Below are positions 1 through 18,769 of a DNA stretch of 64,000 nt, one piece after another. The translations under genes were made by a program, and so were the position numbers. The stretch is taken from the NCBI RefSeq assembly GCF_009914755.1, contig NC_060931.1, one strand, 5' to 3'. Position 1 is the first letter of the stretch. Each line of letters begins with the position of its first letter. The notes under the pieces are model-generated. The model made no database searches. It saw only the letters and a program-made list of their open reading frames with translations, and was not told the DNA's origin. Source of the stretch: the human T2T-CHM13v2.0 reference genome, Homo sapiens.

Positions 1-700
1 TGGCTAGGCCAGGGTACTCAAGTACCAGATAGAGTTGACTCCAGTCAACTCTATCTGGGTGTTGCTGTGAAGGCTTTTGTTTGTTTTTTAAACATGAGAT
101 TGACATTTTAATTAGTAGATGTTGAACAAAACAGATTAATCTCAATAATGTGAGTGGGCCTTTTCCAATCAGTTGAAGGATATTGAAGCAGGGTCTCACT
201 CTATTACCCAAGCTGGAGAGCAGTGGTGCAATCATAGCTCACTGCAGCCTTAAAGTCCTGGGTTCAAGCAATCCTCCCACCTTTGCCTCCTGAGTAGCTG
301 GGACTACAGGTGCATGCCACCATGCCTGACTAATTTTTTAATTTTTGTAGAGATGAAGCCTCACTATGTTCCCAAGCTGGTCTGGAGCTCTTGGTCTTTA
401 GTGATCCTCCTACTTTGGCCTTAACTTCAGGTAAAGACTGACTTGCCCTGAGGAAAAAGGGAATTCTGCCTGTACACTGCTTTTGGACTCACACTACAAC
501 ATCAACTCTTCCCTGGGTCTCCATCCTACCAAGTTATTCTGCAGATTTTGAACTGGCCTCTGTAATTGCATGAGCCAATTTCTTAAACTCTTTCTTTCTC
601 TCCTCCACCCCCAACGTGTGTGTGTATGAATGAAATAGGAAGGAAACAATGAAATAGAACCTCCTATTGGTTCTGTTTCTTGGGAGACCTTGATTAATAC
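1..700. mobile_element. MLT2-type (ERVL) LTR remnant, interrupted by an Alu
   Basis: MLT2-like motifs (gttgctgtgaagg...tgggccttttccaatcagttgaagg; ctattggttctgtttct...gattaatac), recognised by eye. Confidence 0.65.
186..421 (-). mobile_element. AluJ-like element, partial
   Basis: Antisense Alu with J-type gcaatcatagctcactgcagcct. Confidence 0.85.
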
Positions 701-1400
701 GCTACTTAAGATATGGGGCCCTCATTTGTCCTGACCATGTCTCAGGGGAGGCCCATGAGGTTCCATCTCCGGAGGCCACCAGCCAGGAGACTCTGAGATC
801 ACTTTCAGTTACAAGGAAATTACAGTAGTGCCTGGGTCAATGACTTCCTTAATCAATAGGTCAATGGATTCCATAGTCAACTTGAGAGTAATCCCTTTCG
901 TAGTTGTCTTGAGAGTAGTGGCTTCCATAGTCATCTTGAGAGTAGAATATAGTCAAGATGACAATGAAAGCCAGTGGCCTACTGACTTGGGAATAGAAGG
1001 GGGATTATTCTCTAACCTACAGTGGACACTGTAGATTCTCCCTTGAGTGTGACTGGGTCCCCTTAGGTCATATGTCTCCCCTGACCTTGCCAGGAGGACA
1101 CCATGCAACTAAGTAGCTTAGACCAGAAATTGGAAAAGTATAGCCTGTGGTACAACATCCAACTCGCCATCTGTTTTTTTATGGCCAATGAGCAAAAAAT
1201 GGTTTTTACATTTTAAATGGTTGGAAAAAAATTGAAAGGAGAATAATATTTTATGACGTGAAATTATATCAAATTAATTTTCAGGGCTCATATATACATT
1301 TTATTGGAACACAATCACACCCATTGGCTTGTATATCCTCTGTGGCTGCTTTCTTGATACAATGGCAGAGTTGAATAGTTGCAACAGTGTCTTAGTCCCT

Positions 1401-2350
<950 letters not shown>

Positions 2351-2368
2351 TTATAATACAGTAACTGA

Positions 2369-2690
<322 letters not shown>

Positions 2691-3339
2691 GAAATTTATT
2701 GGCTCAGAGTTCCAGAGGCTGGGAAGTCCAAGATCAAGGGGCTGGCATCTGGCAAGGAGGCTCTTCTTGCTGCATCTTCCCATGGCAAAGGGGCAAAAAG
2801 TGTGAGAGAGAGCAAGAGGTCCAATTCAGAGCCTCAAGCCCTTTCATAATCAGCATTAATCCATTCATGAGAGTGGAGCCTTCGAAACTTAAACACCTCC
2901 CATCACTGTTGCATTGGGGATTAACTTTCCAACACATACTTTTTAGGATACACATTAAAACCATAGCAAATAGAGACCATATGGCTCACAAATCTAAAAT
3001 ATTTACTCTCTGTTCCTTTACAGAAAATGTTTGTCTATGCTTGGTTTAGATTTGTTGCTGTCCATGTATACCTAGAACTGGGAATGAGGGCTGTGTGGAT
3101 GAGGGGCAGACATTTTAACAAGATCAGGATTTTATTAAGAAGGAAGAAAGACGGAATTAATACAGTATAGGAAGTCAGTGCTGTTCCCTACACATGAGAC
3201 TTCTCAGACTCAGTTTTCCCATCTACAATTGTGAGATATAGCAAAATATATATTATGGGAAATTGTTGAGAATTCAGGAGAAGGCATGTAGACATAACTG
3301 ATTGACAGATTCATGAAATAGCTGCCTGGATGATTACGT

Positions 3340-3660
3340 GGTTAGATGGATGGATTGATGGATGGATGAATAAACGGATGGATGGATGGGTGGGTGGGTG
3401 GGTGGGTGGATGGATGGATGAATAGATGGGTGGATGGGTGAGGGATGGCTGCCTGGATGGTTGGATGGATGGATGGATGGACGGGTGAATGGATGGATGG
3501 ATGGATGGATGGATGCAGGGACGGATGGAGGGAGGGATGGATAGATGGATGGGTGGAGGGATGGATGGATGCATGGATGCATGGATGGATGGATGGATGA
3601 CTGGTTGGATGGGTGTGTGGATGGATGGAGGATAGATAGGTGGATGGATAGGGAATGGTT
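3340..3660 (+). repeat. (GGAT)n/(GGGT)n microsatellite
   Basis: Direct reading; explains the HPSI-repeat ORFs. Confidence 0.95.
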
Positions 3661-3858
3661 AAAGTGAGGCTGGGAAGATAAACTAGCCCATATTATGTCA
3701 AATAGTTCTGGCTTTATTCTGCAACCATGGGGAGCCTTTTAAGTACTTAAGCAGAGAATGACAAGGTGACATTTGCATTTGAAAGAGATACCATGGCATT
3801 TTGTAGCTGTCTAGAGCAGAGAGGTCATTTGATTGAAGAGCAAAAGGAACAAAATTAT

Positions 3859-4744
3859 TGCGGGATCTGGCCAGCAGCCCGCAATGCAACGGGGCTCTCT
3901 GTTCCCAGGCAGATCGGCAGGTTGAGAAATAATAGACACACACAAGATAGTGAAAGCTGGGTCCAGGGGAGTCACCGCCTTCTGGTCCTGCAGTGCCAAC
4001 AATGCACTGGATATGCCAGCATTTATTATTAAGTTTAGTGAGGGCGGGGGTAGGTTAGTGAGGGATTTAGGGTCATTTGATAATGAGGTGAGATGGTCAC
4101 ATGGGGATGAAGTAATTCTTTAACATAACATTTGTATGTAGAAGTACAGTACATTTGTATGTAGAGGTACTGCATAGAGAGATAAGAATTTACAATATAG
4201 TGTGTGCGTCAGTAATTTCTAACAGAGCCTTAAAACAAACACAATCTTTCCATAACCTATGATTAGCAAGATATTAATCAGCAGTAACAATTGCAACAAA
4301 AGCTGGTTACAAACAATCCATGGAAACAGGAGGTGAAGCTAGACATCTGGTTAGACCAGAAATTCTCAGAAGGGAGTATGCCTTAACCCTAAAGAGGCCT
4401 AGAAGAGCCGTGGCAAGATGAGGGTGTTTATGGCCCTATCGTACCCATATGGACAGGCGCCCCCCCATGCGTCCATTTATAGGCTCTCCACGAGGGTCGC
4501 CTTCCATTCCCAGAGCTATGAACATCTTTTCTGGGATAGGAATCTTGATGATGTGAAACCTCCCTGACTGCATGTCCATTCACAGGCTCTCTGCAGGGGG
4601 AAGCACATCACGTGCTGTTGGCTTGTTCTGGCAGTCCAACCTGGCATTGTCTTTACACAATCCTGCATGCAATTTTGTATTTACAATAATCAGGAGCATT
4701 TCATCTTTTATTCCATAGCAATAGTTTCAGGGGATCTCCCTACA
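3859..4744 (-). mobile_element. ERVK-class solo LTR (LTR13A-like; subfamily tentative)
   Basis: Minus strand reads TGtagggagatcccctgaaactattgct...ccagatcccgCA, ~890 bp, with TATA-like tataaa and AATAAA. Confidence 0.7.
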
Positions 4745-5255
4745 GGTTAAGAAATGCGTAGTTTATTGTCACCTTTGTTCAGTTCTTGAGAGATGAATGG
4801 GTGATTTGGCGCTATTGGATGTGGGAAGGGTGGAATGACAAGAGCATTCTAGGACTTGAAGCAAGGCTGCTTGAAATAGCATTTGGCAAGGCTCCAGACC
4901 TAAGGAAATCATGTAGAGGCTGTGGTTTTCTAAAACCCCCCTAGGTAATGTTGATGTTTAGCCAGGTGCAGAATGCAGCCTGAAGGAATGAGAGTTTCAT
5001 ATTAGAAGGAGCCCCTTAAAATTGCACTAATATTTGAAATTTGGGTAGGGCAACTAAGAAACTGACTTTGTGATTTCATTTCAATTAATTTACATTTGAA
5101 AACTGAGGCAATACAAAATATTTTTCCCTGGGAGGCTTAAGCAGGAGAATCGCTTGAACCTGGGTGACAGAGTTTGCAATGAGCTGAGAGAGCACCACTG
5201 CACTCCAGCCTGGGTGACAGAGAAAGACCTTGTCTCAAAAAAACCCCAAAAATTA

Positions 5256-5606
<351 letters not shown>

Positions 5607-5729
5607 CTAAATTGAGATGTATTAATTGTAACTTATGCTTTGTATTTCATAGATATATTTTTAAAAATCAAGTATTTAGTTTGTAAATATTTTTGATATT
5701 GCCTTAAATCAAATTATATTATTATTATT

Positions 5730-5956
5730 TTTTTCTTTTTTTTTTTGAGATTCTTCATGTGATTCTTCTGCCTCAGCCTCCCATGTAGCTGGGACTACAG
5801 GTGCCCGCCACCATGCCCAGCTAATTTTTTGTATTTTAGTAGAGACTGGGTTTCACCATGTTGGCCAGGATGGTCTCGATCTCCTGACCTCGTGATCCCC
5901 CCGCCTCGGCCTCCCAAAGTGCTGGGATTACAGGCATGAGCCACCGTGCCTGGCCA
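5730..5956 (-). mobile_element. Alu, internally deleted
   Basis: Antisense Alu consensus match. Confidence 0.85.
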
Positions 5957-6030
5957 AAAGTATATTATTAATATTAAATCCATCTGATTCTGTTGGACAG
6001 TGCTTACTTAGAACAATATGAAAGATTTGA

Positions 6031-6312
<282 letters not shown>

Positions 6313-6669
6313 TAAGGGTGTGAGTTGATACAAGATTAGGTTCTGAAAATGTTTGTCAGAGCAACCATTAGAGTGTAATCTCCATAAATCTGGTATCTTT
6401 TTTATTTTCTTAACCATTCCTAGAGCATGTTTTAGGTACTCTATAAGTATTTGTTGCATGAAGGCACTGAGGCAGAAGGAGTATGAGTAGAGGACATGGG
6501 CTGGATGGAAGAGGTGCTAAGTAGATCGACTCTGCTGAACTTCGTGGCTGAATTTGGGTCTTGAACACAGGGATATTTTGAGAGGAGTCTTGGGTTATTA
6601 TTAAGTGGGTATTGGGATTAAAGCAGCTATGGGGAAGAGGTTACTCATAACTTTTAGACATGGTTGAGT

Positions 6670-6955
6670 TTTGTTGTTTTTTTTGACACCGAGTGTCGCT
6701 CTGTTGCCTAGGCTGGAGGGCCGTGGTGCTGCCTTGGCTCACTGCAACTTCCGCCTCCCATGTTCAAGATATTCTCCTGCCTCACCCTCCTGAGTAGCTG
6801 GGATTATAGGCACCTGCCACCATGTCCAGCTCATTTTTGTGATGGGGTTTCACCATGTTGGCCAGACTGGTCTCAAACTCCTGACCTCAGGTGATTTGTT
6901 CGCCTTGGCCTCCCAAAGTGCTGGGATTACAGGCATGAGCCACCGTGCCTGGCCA
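6670..6955 (-). mobile_element. AluS
   Basis: Antisense Alu consensus match. Confidence 0.88.
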
Positions 6956-7231
6956 AGACGTGGTTGACTTTTGTCTGGTGAAGATATCCAGTTGGTGGTT
7001 GACTGAGTTTGGAATTCAGGAGAAAGATCTTGTCTTGATAGGGGAGTTATCAGCAAATAAGTGTAGGTTGATGCCAAGCATGTGGACAAGTGGAGAGATT
7101 GGACAGAGCACAAAAGGGAACACCATCATTTATAGGTGGGCATGGGAACCAGCAAAGGTAAGTGAAATAAAGAGTGAAGAATTGAAGCGAGTTTCCTAAA
7201 GAAGTGAGTAATAGTATCACAAGATATTCTA

Positions 7232-7495
7232 GTCAGGTGTGGGGCCTCCCAACACTTTGGGAGTCTGAGCCAGGAGGATCCCTGGAGCCCAGGAGTTTGA
7301 GACCAGCATGGGCAACATAATGAGACCTTGTCTCTACAAAAAATTTAAAAATTAGCCAGGCATGATGGTGCATGCCTGCATTCCCAGCTACTTTGGAGGC
7401 TGAGGCAGGAGGAGGCTCGAACCCAGGAATTCGATGGTGCAGTCAGTTGTGATCCTGCCGCTGAACTGTAGCCTGGGCAACAAACCCTGTCTCCA

Positions 7496-7526
<31 letters not shown>

Positions 7527-7610
7527 TATATATGTATATATATACACATGTATATATATACATACACATATGTATATATATACACACACACATGTGTGAT
7601 ATGATATATA
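7232..7610 (+). mobile_element. AluJ with a (TA)n/(CA)n microsatellite tail
   Basis: J-type gaggatccctggagcccaggag; tail repeats at 7497-7610. Confidence 0.8.
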
Positions 7611-7834
7611 TGATTCTGGAATTCCATTGAATTTGCCAGTGGGGACTACGTCGGGTTGGTGAATCTTGAATAGTTTCAATGTAGTGGTGGAAACAAAAAC
7701 CTAAATTGTAGTAGATTGAAGAGTGCATTTTAGACAGACAGTGATTGCAGACAATTATTTGGAGGACTTTGGTTGTAAAATGGTGCAGTGTGTTAGGGTA
7801 GGAGCTAACTACTCCTGGAAGGTTTGGTTTGGTT

Positions 7835-8115
7835 TCCTTTCTTCTTTTCTTCTTCCTTCCTTCCTTCCCTCCCTTCTTTCTCTTTCTTTCTTTCCTTTTT
7901 TTTCTTTCCCTTCCTTCCTTTCTTCTCTCTCTCTCCCTCTCTCTCCTTCCTGCCTGCTTTCTTTCTTTTCTCTTCTCTTCTCTTTTCTTTTCTTTCATTT
8001 TTAGTAGAGCTGGGATTTTGCCATGTTAGCCAGGATGGTCTTGATCTGATCTCGTGATCCACCCGCTTCAACCTCCAAAAGTGCTGGGATCACAGGCGTG
8101 AGCCACCACCCAGGT
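7835..8115 (-). repeat. CT-rich simple repeat plus Alu left monomer
   Basis: (TTTC/TTCC)n at 7835-7997, then antisense Alu left arm. Confidence 0.85.
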
Positions 8116-8617
8116 TTTGTTTTCTTAAGATAGGAAAGACTTGCTTGTTGTTGCCTGTGGGGAAAGAGACAGCAGGGGAAGATTTACAGCTCTCCAAACT
8201 TTGGCTCCAGAAAGCTCTCTAATTTTTCTCTTAGGAATGTGTAAACACTTCTGTGCACATTGCCACCAGCTAAGTGCTGATGGTAAATAAATACTCAGTA
8301 TTCTTGCAGCTTATGTTCTTAGAAAGCTGAGACAGAAATAGACATTACTTTTTTCTTTAAGGGGTAACATTAGAGAAACTGAGTAGAGACTGAAGACCAC
8401 AGGGGCAATAGTGAAATAACTAAAAGCCTAAACTTGGATTGGTGCCTTGTCGCATCATGAATTAACTAGTTATCTGACGGCCTTCTGCTTGGAGTTAGGC
8501 AAGGTCCCTGAAAGTTATCTTTGATCATGAGGGAGCATTCCATGAAGGATGATTTGATACTGGCTAACCCCTAGTGGAAAACAAGATTTGTCATAGGAAG
8601 AATCTCCTGAACTCTTA

Positions 8618-9046
<429 letters not shown>

Positions 9047-9120
9047 TCAATCATGGGGGACACTCAACTGAGGACACCATATAGTTCATAGCACCAGCAA
9101 ATTTTAAAAATATTGAGGTA

Positions 9121-9411
<291 letters not shown>

Positions 9412-9524
9412 TTAGATATTACAAAAGTGCAATTCCACATGTTTTACTTAAATCAGATAGCAAATTCTGTGTTTTTGAATAATTTAATTGATGATGACAA
9501 AATAATTTTTAGAAAATTTTATCA

Positions 9525-10434
9525 CTAACTTGTTAAAAATGGATGGCACTTCCAATGAACCTTTGGCAGAATACTGATGATTCTTTTCTCAGATCTGATT
9601 AGCACCATAGGACTGACAGTGGCATAGGCATTGACCACAAACTTGTGGACACTGTCGATGACAGGGCTGAATACCCATAACAGCATTTTGGAGGATGAGA
9701 CAATTAAGTCCAATGAGTACATAACCACGAAGAAACTCACCAGCAGCAAGATGGTCTTGGTGGCCCTTTTCTCTGGGGAGGTTCTTAATAAAAAGCTAGT
9801 GCTGTGAAGGTGCTGGGAGCACCTCTGATGCCTGGACAAGAGAATCACCATGAAGGCACTTGAGAGCGGCATGATTCCTACAAGGAAGACATCTCTGGAT
9901 AACGACAGAGTAACAAACAGCCTTCTGATGGTGACATTCATTGGGGAAAGTGAGCAGTATTTACTGACATTCAGAATTATCTGGGTCACATTGGAAAAAC
10001 CTACAATGTAGATTATCATGTCACTGTTGAAAGACAAATTGAGGGACCAAAAAAAGAGTAAACCCAGGATATGTTATTTTATGTTTAAATCTCACCAACC
10101 AGGAGGTGCTGGGGCTGATGGTGATGATCTGAAGCATGCTCAGGAGAGAGGTGGTGCAGATCAAGAGGCCCCTCATTACCTTGTATATGTAGAACACAGC
10201 CTTACATCTGAAGTTATTCTGAAAATTCTGTGACTCAAACACGTCTAGAGACAATAACTCTGCTGCCATGACTAGCATCACTATGTAGACAGAAACCAAG
10301 TGACAGATGATCAGGTCATGGTTTTTTAGGCTTGTGATCCTTAAAGAATGTAAAAATGTGCCAGAGAAGAAGAAAGATGTTGGCTGAGATTCCAATGCCA
10401 GCTTGAAAACAAAAGGCCTTTTGAAAGATAACAT
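9525..10434 (-). pseudogene. Vomeronasal type-1 receptor (V1R/VN1R) pseudogene, copy A
   Basis: Intronless 7TM with V1R motifs GISANIFL (shifted frame), DLIICHL, CKAVFYIYKVMRGLLICTTSLLSMLQIITISP, RHQRCSQHLHSTS, SPEKRATKTILLLVSFFV, NAYATVSPMVLI; frameshifts near 10420, 10322 and 10070. Confidence 0.93.
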
Positions 10435-10482
10435 GTGAAATGTGTGTTCATCCTAATGACATAGAAGAAACATTTTGAAGAC

Positions 10483-10492
10483 CTGAAAAAAG
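10483..10492 (-). other. Putative splice acceptor of the V1R copy A coding exon
   Basis: Minus-strand ttttttcag ~50 nt upstream of the ATG; the same motif sits at the homologous position in copy B (~40846-40854). Confidence 0.5.
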
Positions 10493-11270
10493 TAGATCTG
10501 TGTCATCAATGTCCTTTTGTCAGTGTTCAAAATTATTACCATTATTATTTTTATTTTACTCTCATTTCTTGATTAACCCCATCTTATATAAATTCTTGAT
10601 AATGTATCTCCTATACTATTTCCTAAACCAAATAAATATATACATATATAATTATTATGAATCTCTATATAGTAAATACATTTTCAATTTTGCCTAAGGT
10701 GCATACTATCTATATTCCTTATGTACCTTGGCCTTCATCTCAGTAATCATATCCTTATTCTATGTTCTCATTTTATATTTAGCACTTCAGTCAGGCATAT
10801 AAAATGAATAGTATTTGTACAGTTGAATTAAATGTATGTTAATGTGAAAAGACTCAATAAAAAGTATAGTCAGTTGAGTCTCAGGATCTATCATTTTGAT
10901 ACAATTTATTCATCATCACTTTTCCTTCCATGATTTTTGACCCTTGTGATTTTACTGGACTCACCATGATAAATTCATGATATTTCATCAGCATAAAGCA
11001 ATTTTCATCCTATCTGCACCCTTATATTCTCTTTGTCATGAATTATAATGTGTAATGTGATATCTTGGAATTCAGATGTCAATATCCTTAGAGGGACTGG
11101 GGGACATTGTTCTGCTTAATCAAACCCTAATTTACTGTGTATAATATAGAAATGGTTCTGGCTGTCTCTGTTTAGTTCATATCCCAGAGATTTATTATGT
11201 GATTTCTCTTTATCTCAGAACACATTTTTTAATATTTTCCTCTCAGTTACCAACAAAATAAATACTACCA

Positions 11271-11522
11271 TTTTTTTTTTTTTGAGACAGTGTTACTCTG
11301 TTGCCCAGGCTGGAGTGCAGTGGCATGATCTCTGCTCACTACAAACTCTGCCTCCTGGGTTCAAGCGATTCTCCTGCCTTAGCCTCCCAAGTGGCGCTCA
11401 CCGCTACACCAGCTAATTTTTCTATTTTAGTAGAGAAGATTTCACCATGTTGGCCAGGCTGGTCTCAAACTTCTGACCTTCCAAAGTGCTGGGATTACAG
11501 GCGTGGGCCACCGAGCCTGGCC
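11271..11522 (-). mobile_element. AluS, with internal deletions
   Basis: Antisense Alu. Confidence 0.85.
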
Positions 11523-11546
11523 ATTACTTTTAATTACTTTGTTTCG

Positions 11547-11873
<327 letters not shown>

Positions 11874-13863
11874 TCAAAATAGTCACATGTTGGTCTTCTT
11901 CCTGAGACTTCACTTAATACAGAGATACTCTACCATGCCTAGAAAAATACTTAAGTCTTAGTCTGAGTATTCAGTAAGAATACTGTCTTCAATAAGACTA
12001 TTCAGTAAGATAAAAAATACTTCAATAAGATCTTCAATAAGATCAAAAATACTTAGTCTTCAATAAGAAAGATAATTTCTCTCAAGTTTTCTTGTGATAA
12101 CTTCAATACTATAACACCTTGTAAAATTTTGCAGAACAATTTTGCAGTTACAATTTCATGTTATTTGGCCAAGATTCTGATGTCATTTATCATTTTACTT
12201 TAATCTAGGACTAAGAACAATTTAGCTTCATGACATTAAAAAAGTGAAACACCATTAAACTCACTCGGATTTTTTTTAAATGAAAGTGTGTCAGATTCAA
12301 GGTCACTTATCATTATACAATTCCATAAATAAAAATATATGAGACGGTGCAAAAATGTTGACACTGAGTATCCTTGGACAATAATCAAAAATTAGTGACT
12401 GAGAAAAAGTTGCTCTAAAACCACCAGATATGTTTGATTTTATAAAGCAAACATCTAGTTGATTAAATGGTTATTACTCTTTCTACAAAACTTTAATAAG
12501 TAAATCCATTTATCTTGGAAACAATGAAAGATTTCCACCAGCACACATCTACACCATCAGCGCAGTTCAGTTCTGCTGTCAAGTTGAAATCAGAAAAAAA
12601 AAGTAATTTTAAATTAAAGACTTAATGGTATCCAAATTTTAAGGATCACATTTCAGTACTAGAAAAATATATTTGAACATAAGATAATAATATATGTATA
12701 ATGAGTTATTAACTATATATCTGTATAGTTTTATTAATATAACCCATATGTTATGAACCACACACCAAAAGAAGATATAGGACAAAGAATTAGATTAAAT
12801 AACATAAATAAGAATTTTAATATTTTATTTTTTCACCCTAAAAAAATCCAGTTTATGCTCTCAAATTCATTCTCCTTACTCTGTAAATAACCTAAACACA
12901 CTGAAACAGAATAATCTTCTGCTTGATCAGATGGTGTATTTTTTCCATTGAGGCTCTTGAGAGCATTGATGCTGATCCCAGACAAGATCAGCAATCTTGG
13001 TTGTCACACTCTTGGTTGTCATAAATTAGAGCACACAAATAGGGTATGATTGAATTGATTGTATCTTCAAAAATTTTTCTCACCTGCCAGAGCTAAACAA
13101 TTGATAATTGCCTTTAACATATTAATCCAAATATTAAACTTAGCCGTGTTCTATATTGTTATTTGATAAATCTAGCAACTACACCATGGAAGAATTATGG
13201 AATTTGCATTAATATGATGCCAAACTGGGTGAAACAAAATAGGGGAAAAATCCATAGATGCTGCTTTTAGGTTGTTCAGAGTGAAAAAAAAAATTGGTTC
13301 TATGTGACCCATTGAAAATTTCAAAATCTCAATGCACAGCTTAGCTCTCGCCATTAGAAGTGACAACCTAAGGCTGCTGGGGCTGAGGGTGAAGCTCCTG
13401 AGCACGCTCAGTAAACACATAATGCAGCTCAAGTTTACTCTCATTACACTGCCTTTCACTGTAGTGTATTCTCAATATTTTTAAGTCCCAAAATGTGTAA
13501 ATAATCATGTATAAGAGGGGAATAACACCATTATACAGACCAGGAATGAAAATCTGATCATAAAAAAACATAAGCTTAGATCAGACATCTGAAGCAAAGA
13601 TAAAGGGTGTATAAAAGGAAAAAGGCAACTACAGGAATCCAAAAGCTGTTTTGCATATGATGGGTATGTTATTTGTAGAAAAAGAAGTTTGATAAAATAT
13701 ACTTCCTCATCGTTATTATAAAATATAGTTTTTTAGTATTTTATTAGTAATATTTATTTTATTAGTAATACTATTTGAATAGTGATTGTCCCTTGTGTAG
13801 ATTTAAAATATAATCTTTATAAATGTAAATTTTTTAATTGTATTAATAAAAAGCCTTATTTTT

Positions 13864-17052
<3,189 letters not shown>

Positions 17053-18769
17053 TTATCAGCCCTATGAAATTTAGGTGCCAGGGAGAAGGGGCAATAAATG
17101 GCAAACTGAAAAATCCGGTCGGCAAATTTAGAAAAGTAAAACGTTTCCACCAAGATTAGGCCTGTTAAGAAGTTTTATAAAATACACCAAGACTAAAATA
17201 ATAAATATGGTAAGTATCAGATGCATCAAATGATTGTAATGCATTTGCCACTCTTTGCAAGTTGAAATTAGTGTAGACGGCAGCTAGAAGCTGCTTGCTG
17301 ACACGGATATTTATAATTTCAAGACATTTAATTCTCAGCTTCGTTGGAGGAAAAAATAAGCAGGAAAATTATTACTTTAAATGTAGGCAATAGAAAAATA
17401 TTGGAGGGTCTTGATCACAAATTCTATGCTACCAATTTTGAAAAAGTCTAAAATCCTTTTGGAAGAGTGTTTCTTTCTGATTATTTCAACTGAGGAGATA
17501 CCAGCTAAGTGTAACACTCACTTTTTCCTAAAAATGTGAAAGGTCTTGTACAATCGTGCACCTGTGAATCACATTATAGATTAGGCCTGTCTTACCAAAT
17601 GAGTCAAATACTGAATTTGGAGGAATATTTCCAAGTTGAAAATTGTGATCGGGAAAACCGCATCTTCTATTCTTTGTGTACACTTACTATGAGCAGTTGA
17701 GGTCCTTTCTTCCTAAATACATAAAATGCAGATATTTGAAGCATTTAGAAATGCTTTTATTTCCCTAATGTTCAGAGACATAGTGATTTTGTACTATTAT
17801 ATTTCTTTGAGGGCTTGATGCCCTTATGAGCCACAATTAGACAACCATTATTATCTTTTTCTTTTCTGTTTTGACTTCTCCTTACTCCTTTCTCTCTTTT
17901 ATATGTTAAAAATCACAGAGCTAGAAAGCATTATTTCCTAATAAAGTTAGACAAAATTAACTTCTACATTTTAACAGCAAAATTAAAATATACTGACCAC
18001 ATTCATGAATATATTTTTAATATGTAAATTGCAAATTTGAAACTTACAGAAAAAACTGTAAGAATGCAAAACTTGGAGAATTTTTTATAATAATAAGATG
18101 CTATTTTCTTCAAATTTTGAAGATTATTATTCTCTCATTATTATAAATGTTACCCAAACTAATATATAGAACATTTTGTTTTGACTTAATAAAACAAAAT
18201 AACTTATTATATTAGCTGTTCATAGTAATAAAATATAATACACTAAAGCTGAATTTGTTTTACAAATTTGTATAGTATTACAAGTTTTACATGTGTAATG
18301 TAGTGATTAACTCTACAAAATGTGATAAATGACAAGAGGAGATATTTGTTTACAGTTTCATGGTAACCAGAACCAAATCCTGTATGTGCTACCACACCAC
18401 AATAAAACAAAATAATTTTATGGTTATTCACTGAAAGCTAATTAATGTAAAATATTAAATAGTAATCATGCTTTGAGATGACTGTAAACATTATAATATA
18501 CTGTAGTTTTCAACTTTAAAAGAACAAACAAGTATGACTAAATTCTTATGAATTCAGATTTCTCATGTTTCAAAAAATAAAATTTTGGCTAGGTATATAC
18601 AGTAAGTTAAACTGAGAAAAAACTAGTATAATAACAAAATACAACTACAATTTAAATACAATATTACAAAATTAACAAAGTATTTATAAGATCAATATAT
18701 TATTACATCAGTATTCATAAAGTTGCTTTTCTCATTTGGAATCATCTATTGTACTTAGATATGATTCAC

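Noticed and set aside
3311-3582. His/Pro/Ser/Ile-repeat ORFs
   Set aside because: Translation of the (GGAT)n microsatellite.
7345-8071. Lys/Arg/Glu-rich and Phe/Ser-rich ORFs
   Set aside because: Translations of simple repeats and Alu sequence.
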